Assembly (NCBI GenBank): GCA_038523235.1
Contig: JBCBJQ010000063.1
Span: forward strand, 1 to 34,684
DNA from: Cyanobacteria bacterium J06626_4
GTDB lineage: Bacteria > Cyanobacteriota > Cyanobacteriia > Phormidesmidales > Phormidesmidaceae
DNA: 34,684 bases
Reading direction: 5' to 3'
Within the stretch, counting starts at the first letter, position 1. Each line of letters begins with the position of its first letter. The notes beneath the pieces were generated by a model. The model made no database searches. It saw only the letters and a list, made by a program, of their open reading frames with translations, and was not told where the DNA came from. A program made the position numbers and the translations under genes. Of this stretch, positions 11,447 to 19,898 are shown one piece after another.

Positions 11447-12001
11447 TCAAAGGTCATACAGACTCCCATCCACAACTCTTTCCAAATTTGTTTTACCCCA
11501 ATTTGGGGGATAAAGCCCCTGCGCCATAAACCGATGCACACTTGAAAACGGCCATTCTACTGGCGTTCGACAAAGCTGATGCCGCACCGGATTGTAGTGA
11601 ATATAGTCGCAGTGTTGGGCCAGATCCCGTTTATCTCGAATTAGATGATCCCAAAATCGACGCTGCCACAAATTACGTTCCTTGCGTTTTTTTCGCGATG
11701 CAGAACGAGTGTTATCGAGATCCAGGATGGCTCCGTAGTGCCGAGTGACATAGGTTTTGATCAGACGCAGCCGAGTGGATAAGTCGCTGTCATCATCGGG
11801 CAAGGTCAACAAGCAGTGAAAGTGATCAGGCAGCAGCACACAGGCCTCAATTTGGAAAGGCCGCTTTCGCCGTACCTGAGCGATCGCGGTTCGCAAAGCA
11901 TCACGGGCATCGGCGCGGCATAACCAAGGCGATCGCTGATGGGTGACCTGGGTGACGAAGTAGGTACCCCCGGCAATTTTGGGTCTGCGGTAGTTGGGCA
12001 T
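11447..12001 (-). CDS. REP-associated tyrosine transposase (RAYT, Y1 HUH)
   Basis: MPNYRR...GGTYFVT, HUH motif LPDHFHC, WQRRFWDHLIRD, catalytic DYIHYNP, WPFSS; flanked by inverted REPs. Confidence 0.93.
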   Translation of the reverse strand: MPNYRRPKIAGGTYFVTQVTHQRSPWLCRADARDALRTAIAQVRRKRPFQIEACVLLPDHFHCLLTLPDDDSDLSTRLRLIKTYVTRHYGAILDLDNTRSASRKKRKERNLWQRRFWDHLIRDKRDLAQHCDYIHYNPVRHQLCRTPVEWPFSSVHRFMAQGLYPPNWGKTNLERVVDGSLYDL

Positions 12002-12081
12002 TCAGCATGTCTGAAAACGTTTGCTGTCAGCGTGCCCAAGTTTTAAGCGGCGGGCAGATGCTGCTCAAAATGCTTTTCATT

Positions 12082-12112
12082 GGTGCGTTTGCTTGTTCGC
12101 AACGCACCCTAC
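12082..12112 (-). repeat. REP-like hairpin with GTAG foot (inverted copy)
   Basis: Reverse complement GTAGGGTGCGTTGCGAACAAGCAAACGCACC, nearly identical to 11409-11439. Confidence 0.8.
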
Positions 12113-12256
12113 AGTTGGATTCTTGAGGCGTTTGCTTTCCTGATATGACGTAGCGCGGGTACCTGGCGCTCGGCTCTGCCAAAATAAGTGGAGGCGATGC
12201 TTTGGCTGCAAATTACCGCCAGAGCTAGCGAGAGCCGCGAGTGGATTCGCTACAGC

Positions 12257-13200
12257 ATGAGCTTTATTTTCGTCAGCTACAGTCGCAAAGATCAAAACTA
12301 CGTCGGTTTACTATTACAAGCCCTGCAGTCGCACCGGCTGCCGGTTTGGTTAGATGATCGTATTGACTATGGCACGACCTGGCCTCGGGTTATTCAGGAT
12401 CATTTAGAACAGTGCGAAGTGTTTTTGCTGGTGATGTCGCCGCGATCGGAGGACTCTCACTGGGTGCAGTGTGAATTGAGTCTGGCGTTGGAACTAAAGA
12501 AACCGATCTTTCCGCTGCTACTTGAAGGGCGGCGATGGCTCTCAGTCGCGGCGATTCAAACGGCGGATGTCAAAGGTGGGAAACTGCCCCCGGCTGACTT
12601 TTTCGACACTATCCGCAAATATTTTGCTGCGGCAACGACAACAGCAACCTCTGTCTCCGTTCAAGATGTGGTTGAGGATCAGATACCGGTAAAACCGCCG
12701 GTAATGGAGCCAAAGCCGCAAAAGCTGGCAACCTTGACTGATGATTTAAGCTCTGAGAAAGGCATTGACTATACGCGCTTGCGAGATCTGTTAAGAAAAG
12801 GCAAATGGCGGGATGCAGATCAAGAAACCTACGAAGTGATGATTCGGGCGGTGGGCAAAGAACCCGGAGACTGGTTTACCAGTAAAGAACTACAGAATTT
12901 TCCCTGCGCTGATCTGAAAACGATTGATGGGCTATGGACAAAATATAGCAACGGGCACTTTGGCTTTAGCGTACAGAAAGCAATCTGGCAGAAACACGGT
13001 GGCCCAACATCATATGGCAAAAAATGGGACCAATTTTGTGTCGAAGTAGGCTGGCAGTCAGCTGATGCCAGTCGATACCTGTGGAGCGATGAGCTAAAAA
13101 GCAGACCCTAAATTTTCTCCTCGCGGAGAATTTCCCAGGTGGGGAGGGGGAGGGGGGGTGTGAGTTTCTCTTCTCTCGCATCCAGACTTGTAAACTGTAG
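12257..13200 (+). pseudogene. TIR domain + GUN4-like domain protein with frameshifted C-terminus
   Basis: IFVSYSRKD...SHWVQCEL (TIR); DDLSSEKGIDYTRLRDLL...WRDADQET...FPCADLKTIDGLW...GHFGFSVQK (GUN4). The ORF stops at 13111, but the expected tail (ADPKFSPRGEFP, then FLFSRIQTCKL* ending 13200) is present in two successively shifted frames. Confidence 0.8.
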
Positions 13201-13392
13201 CAAATAAGCGCTTCAGCCTAGTTTCAAGAATTACTGCCGACCGTCTCTGCACGGGTTTTTAGGTGTTTCGGCGATCTGTTACCTGGCACTGTTGGTTAGG
13301 TTGTGTCCGTAAATTGCAGGGCGGCAATTTCGAGGTTCAGGCAGTTAGCTAAATCTCATCCAGATTCAGAAGTGGAGTTTTGACATCTGGTG

Positions 13393-13485
13393 AAACCTCA
13401 CCGCCTGCGGCACCTCTCCTTCTCAAGGAGAGGTTTAATCGGTCTCTGGTTCCTCGCCTTGAGAAGGAGAGGCTAGGTGAGGTTT
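13393..13485. repeat. Nested palindromic element (REP/MITE-like)
   Basis: AAACCTCACC..CCTCTCCTTCTCAAGG ... CCTTGAGAAGGAGAGG..GGTGAGGTTT. Confidence 0.7.
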
Positions 13486-13524
13486 TCTCAAGCAAGTACA
13501 AAGCCAGTTTTCAACTTGGACGTG

Positions 13525-13638
13525 GTGTAGCAAGAGTTCTCGACATTCAAAGCGCGCCAGCCGAAATTCTCGGTTATTACATCGGGTAGTGATGTGATAA
13601 CAGTAGCCTGGCGTGAGTTCACGTTGCGGTCTCATCAT
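13525..13638 (-). pseudogene. Truncated Y1/RAYT-like transposase N-terminus
   Basis: MRPQRELTPGYCYHITTRCNNREF matches the Y1 transposase N-terminal pattern, but no HUH motif follows. Confidence 0.65.
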
Positions 13639-13677
13639 CAGCCTGCCAGCTCGGGCGCTGATGACTATTGTGAAACA

Positions 13678-13703
13678 GTGTGTTGCTGCCCAGCAAACGC
13701 ACC
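13678..13703 (+). repeat. Degenerate third REP copy
   Basis: GTGTGTTGCTGCCCAGCAAACGCACC versus GTGCGTTGCTGCCAAGCAAACGCACC at 11414. Confidence 0.7.
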
Positions 13704-13741
13704 GCGCTCAAATCACTTCTGCTCAAAATACCGAGTGGTCT

Positions 13742-14239
13742 TCAATTCTCCACGCCAGAAATTTTCGCTAGTGCTGCCGCATAGGTCGCCAGGTCACCGC
13801 GCAGCGCTTCCAACTCGCGGCGCAAAATCGATTCCTGCTCCCAAGCCTTTTCGTGAGCTTGCGGGCTCACCTCGATCGCCCGCTTCGCTTCCCAAGACTG
13901 CAACAACGGATGCCACTTGGATAAAAAAGGCCGCAGCCCCCGGTTAAGGACCGCGATCGCAATGCCCCCCACCGAATCATGAGCTGCACCCACCTTCGGT
14001 CCCGCCTTGCGCAAAATTTCACGAGTCGAGCCAAACAGGCTGTAGAGCGAGTTCATCGCCTCGCGCACGGTGCCATGCTCGGCACTCAAAGACTGCACCG
14101 CGACTCGGGTCACCAGCTCGACATACAGTTCCCAGGCGGCGTTTTGTTCGGTGGGATCCGCTTCCCAAGAGGCCGAGCCGATGCCAAAGGGCAGGCTGAC
14201 GGAAACGGACTTGAGAATGGCGGGGGGCGCTTTAGCCAT
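13742..14239 (-). CDS. Hypothetical protein (helical)
   Basis: 165-aa ATG-started ORF; AAWELYVELVTR and LRPFLSKWHP look like conserved blocks. Confidence 0.75.
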   Translation of the reverse strand: MAKAPPAILKSVSVSLPFGIGSASWEADPTEQNAAWELYVELVTRVAVQSLSAEHGTVREAMNSLYSLFGSTREILRKAGPKVGAAHDSVGGIAIAVLNRGLRPFLSKWHPLLQSWEAKRAIEVSPQAHEKAWEQESILRRELEALRGDLATYAAALAKISGVEN

Positions 14240-14306
14240 GGGGAGATACCCAGTAGAAGTGAACGGAAGGGAGCTCTGACCGGTAGGTTGACCGATCCTG
14301 AGATTG

Positions 14307-15827
14307 CTAGAGGCAGCTGACTAGGGCCGCGCGGGCCTGTTCGCGATCATCGAAGTGAATCTTTTCGGTGCCGAGAATTTGGTAATCTTCGTGGCCTTTA
14401 CCGGCGATGAGCACACAGTCGCCGGGTGCTGCCTGGGCGATCGCCACCCGAATGGCTGCAGCGCGATCGCACACTACCTGTTCCGCTGGCAGCGTCACCG
14501 GAATGCCCGCCACCACATCGGCCAAAATTCGTTGGGGATCTTCCGTGCGGGGATTGTCGGACGTGGCGATCGCGATGTCGGCCAGGTCGTAGGCGATTTT
14601 GCCCATTTGGGGGCGTTTGGTGCGATCGCGATCGCCGCCGCAGCCAAATACGCAAATCAGTCGCCCGGTGACAAAGGGCCGCGCCGCCGTCAGGGCGTTT
14701 TGCAGACTGTCGGGCGTATGGGCGTAATCGACAATGACGCTGACCGGCTGATCGGGGCGGACGACAACGCGCTCCATGCGACCGGGCACGCCGCCAAACT
14801 GAGGCAAGCAGGCCGTCACCTGGTCGAGCGTGACGCCCAGATGCAGCGCTGCCCCCACCGCTGCCAGCATATTTGACAGGTTGAACTGCCCCACTAGTGG
14901 CAGCGAAAATGGGGTGCTGCCCTGGGGCGTGTGCAGCTGACCGTTCACGCCGCTGGCGCCATAAATTAAGTCCGACGTGTAGAGATCGGCGGTGGCATTT
15001 TCGACGCTGTAGCTCCAGCCTTTTGGTCCGACTCGCTCTAGCAGCTGCTGGCCATAGGCATCGTCTTGATTGATGACGGCGCCGCCCTGCAGATAGTCGT
15101 CGTTAAACAGCAGCGCCTTCGCCTCAAAATAGGCTTCCATCGTCTTGTGAAAATCTAAATGGTCTTGGGTGAGGTTAGTGAACACGCTCACCGCAAAGGG
15201 ACACCCCCAAACCCGCTTTTGCGCCAGCGCGTGGGAGCTGACTTCCATCACCAGCGAGCGACAGCCCGCCTCGCGCGCAGCAGCCAAATCTGCCTGCAAA
15301 TCGACGGCAAAGGGGGTGGTGTGCACAGCGACGGTTTCGTGGCCGGGCCAGCGGGCGTAGAGCGTGCCCAATAGGCCGGTAGGCTGATCGGCTTGCTGGA
15401 GCAGCGCTTCGATCAGGTGCGTCGTGGTGGTTTTGCCATTGGTGCCGGTGACACCGACTAACTGCATGGCCTGCCCCGGCGCATCATAAAATCCGGTGGC
15501 CGCCTCGGCACAGGCGATCGCCATATCGTCGAACGGCAGCACCAGCGCCTCGGGATGATGACTTTCGGGAGGCCGGTTTTTGTAGGCCTGGGGTGAGACC
15601 AAAGCCGCGATCGCCCCCGCCGCGATCGCGCCGGGCCAAAACTCACCGCCATCCACCCGCGTGCCAGGCATGCCGATAAACAGGTCACCGGGCTGGCAGG
15701 CCTGAGAGTTGGTGCAGAGCCGTTTGATCGGTTGCGATAAAGCGGCATGAGTCGGCAGGGCGATCGCGGGCGTTACCCCAGCTTGACTCATCTGCGCTAG
15801 CAAGCTCTGCAAATCCATGTCCGCCAC
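14307..15827 (-). CDS. murE: UDP-N-acetylmuramoyl-L-alanyl-D-glutamate--2,6-diaminopimelate ligase
   Basis: GVTGTNGKTTT, MEVSSHAL, NLTQDHLDFH, DYAHTPD, DNPR (mDAP specificity), AGKGHEDYQ. Confidence 0.97.
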   Translation of the reverse strand: MADMDLQSLLAQMSQAGVTPAIALPTHAALSQPIKRLCTNSQACQPGDLFIGMPGTRVDGGEFWPGAIAAGAIAALVSPQAYKNRPPESHHPEALVLPFDDMAIACAEAATGFYDAPGQAMQLVGVTGTNGKTTTTHLIEALLQQADQPTGLLGTLYARWPGHETVAVHTTPFAVDLQADLAAAREAGCRSLVMEVSSHALAQKRVWGCPFAVSVFTNLTQDHLDFHKTMEAYFEAKALLFNDDYLQGGAVINQDDAYGQQLLERVGPKGWSYSVENATADLYTSDLIYGASGVNGQLHTPQGSTPFSLPLVGQFNLSNMLAAVGAALHLGVTLDQVTACLPQFGGVPGRMERVVVRPDQPVSVIVDYAHTPDSLQNALTAARPFVTGRLICVFGCGGDRDRTKRPQMGKIAYDLADIAIATSDNPRTEDPQRILADVVAGIPVTLPAEQVVCDRAAAIRVAIAQAAPGDCVLIAGKGHEDYQILGTEKIHFDDREQARAALVSCL

Positions 15828-15849
15828 CTCTCACAAAATTGGATTTCGC

Positions 15850-16134
15850 TTATTTTGCCGTATCCGGCTCTAAATAAGTCTGCAACATTTTCTCGACGCG
15901 CGCGATCGAGGCGCGGGGCGACTGCCGCGGCAGGACCGTTTCTTGCGCTCCAGCAGCGGTTTCTACCACGCGACACAAGACGGGAATCTCGTACTGATAG
16001 CGGCTAAACCAGTCGTTACGGGTGGTGATGTCGCGGACTTCTAGCGTGAAATCGAGGTGCGACAGAGCCTCTAATTTTTCTTGCAAACCGGTACAGAGAT
16101 GACAGCCTGGTTTGCTATACAGCACTAATTTCAA
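15850..16134 (-). CDS. Glutaredoxin-like protein (DUF836 type)
   Basis: LYSKPGCHLC (CxxC), YQYEIPVL; directly upstream of murE. Confidence 0.88.
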   Translation of the reverse strand: MKLVLYSKPGCHLCTGLQEKLEALSHLDFTLEVRDITTRNDWFSRYQYEIPVLCRVVETAAGAQETVLPRQSPRASIARVEKMLQTYLEPDTAK

Positions 16135-16392
16135 AGCGGTACTCCGAAATTGAGGGGAATGGATGCGATTGACCTTTACTTTACTATTGCGCGCGATCGC
16201 GAGGGGAGGGCGATCGCGCTAACCACGCTCCAGCTAGCGGTATAACGATTATCTACGGTTCGCTAGGAGGGTTGCCGCCCTCAGCTGGAGGGGTAATCCC
16301 CCGAATCCCCACCGGATTATGTGTGATTGAATGAATTAATCGGTGTATAACTGAATGTGGCACTGTAAACACGCAACACAGGTAATGAACTT

Positions 16393-17124
16393 ATGGTTCA
16401 GTGCATGACGCCCCAAACCCAAATCGCCCCCGCTGACCTCGATCTCGACCAGCTCAACCGAGCGTTCGAGACGGCGACTCCCCAAGATATTTTGCGGTGG
16501 GCGCTCCAAACCTTTCCGCAGGGGTTAGCCCAAACGAGTGCCTTTAGCATTCCGGTCACGATTCACATGCTCTATCAAGAGCTGATCCCTAAGCGCCCGG
16601 TGCCAGTGATCTTTCTCGATACGTTCCATCACTTTCCCGAAACGCTGGCCACCGTTGACCGCGCCCATGAGCGCTACCAGCTTGATTTGCACGTTTACCG
16701 CGCCATTGGCGTCAGCAGCCGCGAGAGCTTTGCGACTCGCTATGGCGATGAACTGTGGCACCGCGATGTCGATCAGTTTCACTACCTCACCAAGGTGGAA
16801 CCGCTGCAGCGCGCCTTGACCGATATTGACGTCAGCGCCTGGGTCTCGGGTCGGCGGCGCGATCAGTCAGCCACTCGTCAGGCCATGCCTATTTTGGAAC
16901 TCGATGTCGATGGACGGCTCAAGGTCAATCCCCTCGCCAATTGGACGCGCAAGGACTTGTGGAACTACGTCTATCAACACGACGTCATCTACAACCCGCT
17001 GCATGATCAGGGCTATGCCAGTATTGGCGATGAGCCGCTGACGACCCGAGTCCAAAATGGCGAGTCGGAGCGAGCCGGTCGGTGGCGGGGCTCGGCAAAA
17101 ACCGAGTGTGGCATTCACGGTTAG
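16393..17124 (+). CDS. cysH: Phosphoadenylyl-sulfate (PAPS) reductase, thioredoxin-dependent
   Basis: IFLDTFHHFPET, KVEPL, GRRRDQS, GYASIGD, ERAGRW...KTECGIH; lacks the CC/CxxC Fe-S ligands of APS reductases. Confidence 0.93.
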   Translation: MVQCMTPQTQIAPADLDLDQLNRAFETATPQDILRWALQTFPQGLAQTSAFSIPVTIHMLYQELIPKRPVPVIFLDTFHHFPETLATVDRAHERYQLDLHVYRAIGVSSRESFATRYGDELWHRDVDQFHYLTKVEPLQRALTDIDVSAWVSGRRRDQSATRQAMPILELDVDGRLKVNPLANWTRKDLWNYVYQHDVIYNPLHDQGYASIGDEPLTTRVQNGESERAGRWRGSAKTECGIHG

Positions 17125-17235
17125 GGACTAGCGAATTCATCGCATTCTGCCTTTTGCCTGAATTCCCACGCTCTCCCCCCGGACCCTACTACTCATCGAC
17201 GTTGCCTAACTGGACCTGATTTTTCCGCCGCCCCC

Positions 17236-18120
17236 TTAGTTGGCTTCTGACTCCCGGCTGGGGAGTTGTTCAAAAGCCGCTTGCACAAACTGATTCTTGC
17301 CTTGCCCTTTGGCTGAATACATCACCTTATCGGCCATCGAGAGGGCATGACTAGCGTCATCGGGCATCGAGGCAAACGTCACCGCGCCGATGCTGAAGCC
17401 AATGAGCACTTGGTCGCTGTGCAGCTGTGACAGTACGGCAAACACTCGTTGAAGCACAATGGTGGCCTGCTGCTGTTCCGTTTGGGGCAAGAGCATGGCA
17501 AATTCGTCACCGCCTAACCGAGCCTGGCAGTCTGTCGCTCGCAGCTGTTGCCTGAGCACCACCGCCACGTCTTTGAGCAAGCGATCGCCCGCCGCATGGC
17601 CGAGGCGATCGTTGACCTGCTTAAAGTTATCCACATCGAGATAGGCCAGCGTAAAGGGCAGCTCATACCGTCGCGATCGCTGAATTTCCTGCTCCAGCAT
17701 TTCGGTAAAGGCGCGGCGGTTGAGCAAAGTCGTCAAAAAATCCGTATTAGCCAACCGTTGCTCCTGCCGGTAGGCCGCTTTTAGCTCCGCCAGCAGCGTC
17801 ACCACCAGCCCAAAAAAAGCCAGCCGTACTGCTGCATTCCACACTAAAAACGGCACCATATCAGAGCTTGAAACTCGATGGATTTCTGCGGCAAACCAGA
17901 GCACTGCACTCAGTAAACTGGCTCCGTAGCCGAGTTTTGGCTTTAGGTACCAAGCGATCGCGGCAATGGGCAACACATAAAGAATCGAGAGCCCTAGGTC
18001 AACTTTGAGCCAGTAATCAACGCCCCAAATCGCGCCCAACATCAAAGCACTGCCCAATCCCAGCTGCCAATTAGATTGCTGGCGCAGAAAGTGGGTGATT
18101 GAGCGGCGCGGCTGCTTCAT
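17236..18120 (-). CDS. Membrane-bound diguanylate cyclase (GGDEF)
   Basis: N-terminal TM helices, TDFLTTLLNRR, LDVDNFKQVND, RLGGDEF; start taken at ATG 18120. Confidence 0.92.
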   Translation of the reverse strand: MKQPRRSITHFLRQQSNWQLGLGSALMLGAIWGVDYWLKVDLGLSILYVLPIAAIAWYLKPKLGYGASLLSAVLWFAAEIHRVSSSDMVPFLVWNAAVRLAFFGLVVTLLAELKAAYRQEQRLANTDFLTTLLNRRAFTEMLEQEIQRSRRYELPFTLAYLDVDNFKQVNDRLGHAAGDRLLKDVAVVLRQQLRATDCQARLGGDEFAMLLPQTEQQQATIVLQRVFAVLSQLHSDQVLIGFSIGAVTFASMPDDASHALSMADKVMYSAKGQGKNQFVQAAFEQLPSRESEAN

Positions 18121-18315
18121 GATCGATGCGAACGGGTGAGTGAAACGGCTCAGAAAAGCTGGGCCTCTTTTTATCCAACACTCTGGTGCGCTGTCAATAG
18201 GTTGCTCCTGAACGCTCACCAGAAAAAATTGCTGCGGGGGCACAACCCGCCTTCCTGGGGGCAGCTAAATCTCTGGCCAGCGTTTAAGATACGGGGCAGG
18301 CTAGGAAAAAAGGAC

Positions 18316-18798
18316 ATGACCCACCACCCAGAAATTCACGTGGCGATCGCCCTCTTGATCCGTCAGGGGCAGTTTTTGCTACAGCTGCGCGATGATATTC
18401 CCACCATTTTGTATCCGGGCTGCTGGGCTTTTTTTGGCGGCCACATCGAGCCTGGTGAAACTCCGGAAGCGGGCATCTGGCGAGAGCTGCAGGAAGAAAT
18501 CAACTACCGGCCTCCCGCCCTGTCGCGGTTTACCGAATGGCGCAACGAGCACATTGTGCGTCACGTATTTTACGGCGAGTTGACGGTTCCTCCCGAGCAG
18601 CTAGAACTCAATGAAGGCTGGGATCTGGGACTGTGGACTGTGGATGAAATTCGTCAGGGCGAGCGGTTTTCGGCTCGGGCCAATCAAGTCCGTCCCTTAG
18701 GGCAGCCCCATCAAGCCCTCTTACTAAAATTTATTGCTGAGCGCGGCGACCTGATCAGCAGCGGCGAGGCCTCAGCGTCTCAGCCCTATTCTCCGTGA
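18316..18798 (+). CDS. NUDIX hydrolase
   Basis: Nudix box GGHIEPGETPEAGIWRELQEEI; start taken at ATG 18316. Confidence 0.92.
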   Translation: MTHHPEIHVAIALLIRQGQFLLQLRDDIPTILYPGCWAFFGGHIEPGETPEAGIWRELQEEINYRPPALSRFTEWRNEHIVRHVFYGELTVPPEQLELNEGWDLGLWTVDEIRQGERFSARANQVRPLGQPHQALLLKFIAERGDLISSGEASASQPYSP

Positions 18799-19134
18799 TG
18801 GGACTCCTGAGGCCATCTTGGCAATGCCGGGGAGCCAGAGGACAACGGAAACACATGTGTCGTTATTTGAGAATTGGCAAAAATCCCCTATCTGACGATG
18901 TGCTGCAGCGTGCTATGACGGCATCCAGCTTGCCGAGATAAGGGGGGAAGGTCACTGAGTTAGAACTTCGATGTGACCTGGGAACTTGATGATCAAGCTG
19001 TCATCGTTGCAGTTCTGGCCACATCACAGTTTCCCGAATTGCGATCAGTTACCTGACTAAAGTTGCCTGAGCGAGAAACAACCTGAGGCATAAATTGGAC
19101 TACTCGGCTGTGGGCAGCTGTGAGTAAATGCCAT

Positions 19135-19167
19135 AAAAAGCAGCCCCATCAGTAGCTGACAGGGCTG
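19135..19167 (-). terminator. Rho-independent terminator (possible 3' end of an sRNA)
   Basis: Minus strand CAGCCCTGTCAG-cta-CTGATGGGGCTG-CTTTTT: 12-bp stem fully paired (two G-U) only on the minus strand, followed by a U-tract. Confidence 0.7.
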
Positions 19168-19653
19168 GAGACGCAGTTAGGAGGTATCTTGACCCTAAAG
19201 ATAAGGGCAACTTTGCGCAACGCGAAGCTATTTAAGAAGAATTTAAGGAGCATCGCTGAAAAAGTTGCAAATGTTTATGACGTCTACGGTGGGGTGTCGG
19301 CGGCTGTCTCAAAGTCACGAAAGAGCCTGATGACCGATCACCATTTCAACCATGTTGAATGATTGGATCAAACTGCAGTTTTCGATCAACACTAACCCTA
19401 TCCAGATTCAGCACTAGAGTTTTACCCCCCGCTTGCACTCCACCGCTTGCGGCCAGTAGTGCTCATATCGCGAACAATGCTCAGGCTTGAACCGACTGCG
19501 CTGGAGACGAAATGATGATCCTTCTACCCTAAACTGCGCGTTTCAACGCCTTGGTCGCCGCAACGCAGACCCCCGCAGCCCACACGAGCATTGCTGGGCT
19601 AACGCATTTTGCGACGACTGGATGGTTCGGCATTAACCGCTAAAACCCTACAA

Positions 19654-19709
19654 CGGAGAGGGTGGGATTCGAACCCACGGTCCTTTTGGGACATCCGATT
19701 TCAAGTCGG
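19654..19709 (-). pseudogene. 3' fragment of tRNA-Ser(UGA); probable att-site duplication
   Basis: Minus strand CCGA-CTTGAAA-TCGG (anticodon TGA), long variable arm GTCC-caaaa-GGAC, T-arm GTGGG-TTCGAAT-CCCAC, 3' acceptor CCTCTCCG. The 5' acceptor strand is absent (GCTTTT in its place). Confidence 0.85.
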
Positions 19710-19768
19710 CAGGTTTAACCACTCAAAAGCTTTTTACATAAAGGCTTCTAAAGAATTTTAATGTATTT

Positions 19769-19788
19769 TGGACTCGATCTGGACTCGA
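19769..19788 (+). repeat. 9-bp direct repeat with 11-bp period, possible integrase arm-type sites
   Basis: TGGACTCGA-tc-TGGACTCGA about 60 bp inside the att fragment. Confidence 0.55.
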
Positions 19789-19898
19789 AAAGATACAACT
19801 GAAGTTGTCTGATCGCTGAACCGTTGCGAACAGCGATCGCTCATTTCATCGGCGAATTCCGCCCATAGGAGGGTGATAGGAGCGTAACCGGAGGAAGC

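Noticed and set aside
16305..16330. Possible sulfur-regulon operator upstream of cysH (AATCCCCACCGGATT)
   Set aside because: Only a weak palindrome; cannot be tied to a defined consensus without alignment.
19654..19740. Functional tRNA-Ser gene
   Set aside because: The 5' acceptor strand complementary to CCTCTCC is missing and the first anticodon-stem pair is mismatched; treated as an att fragment.
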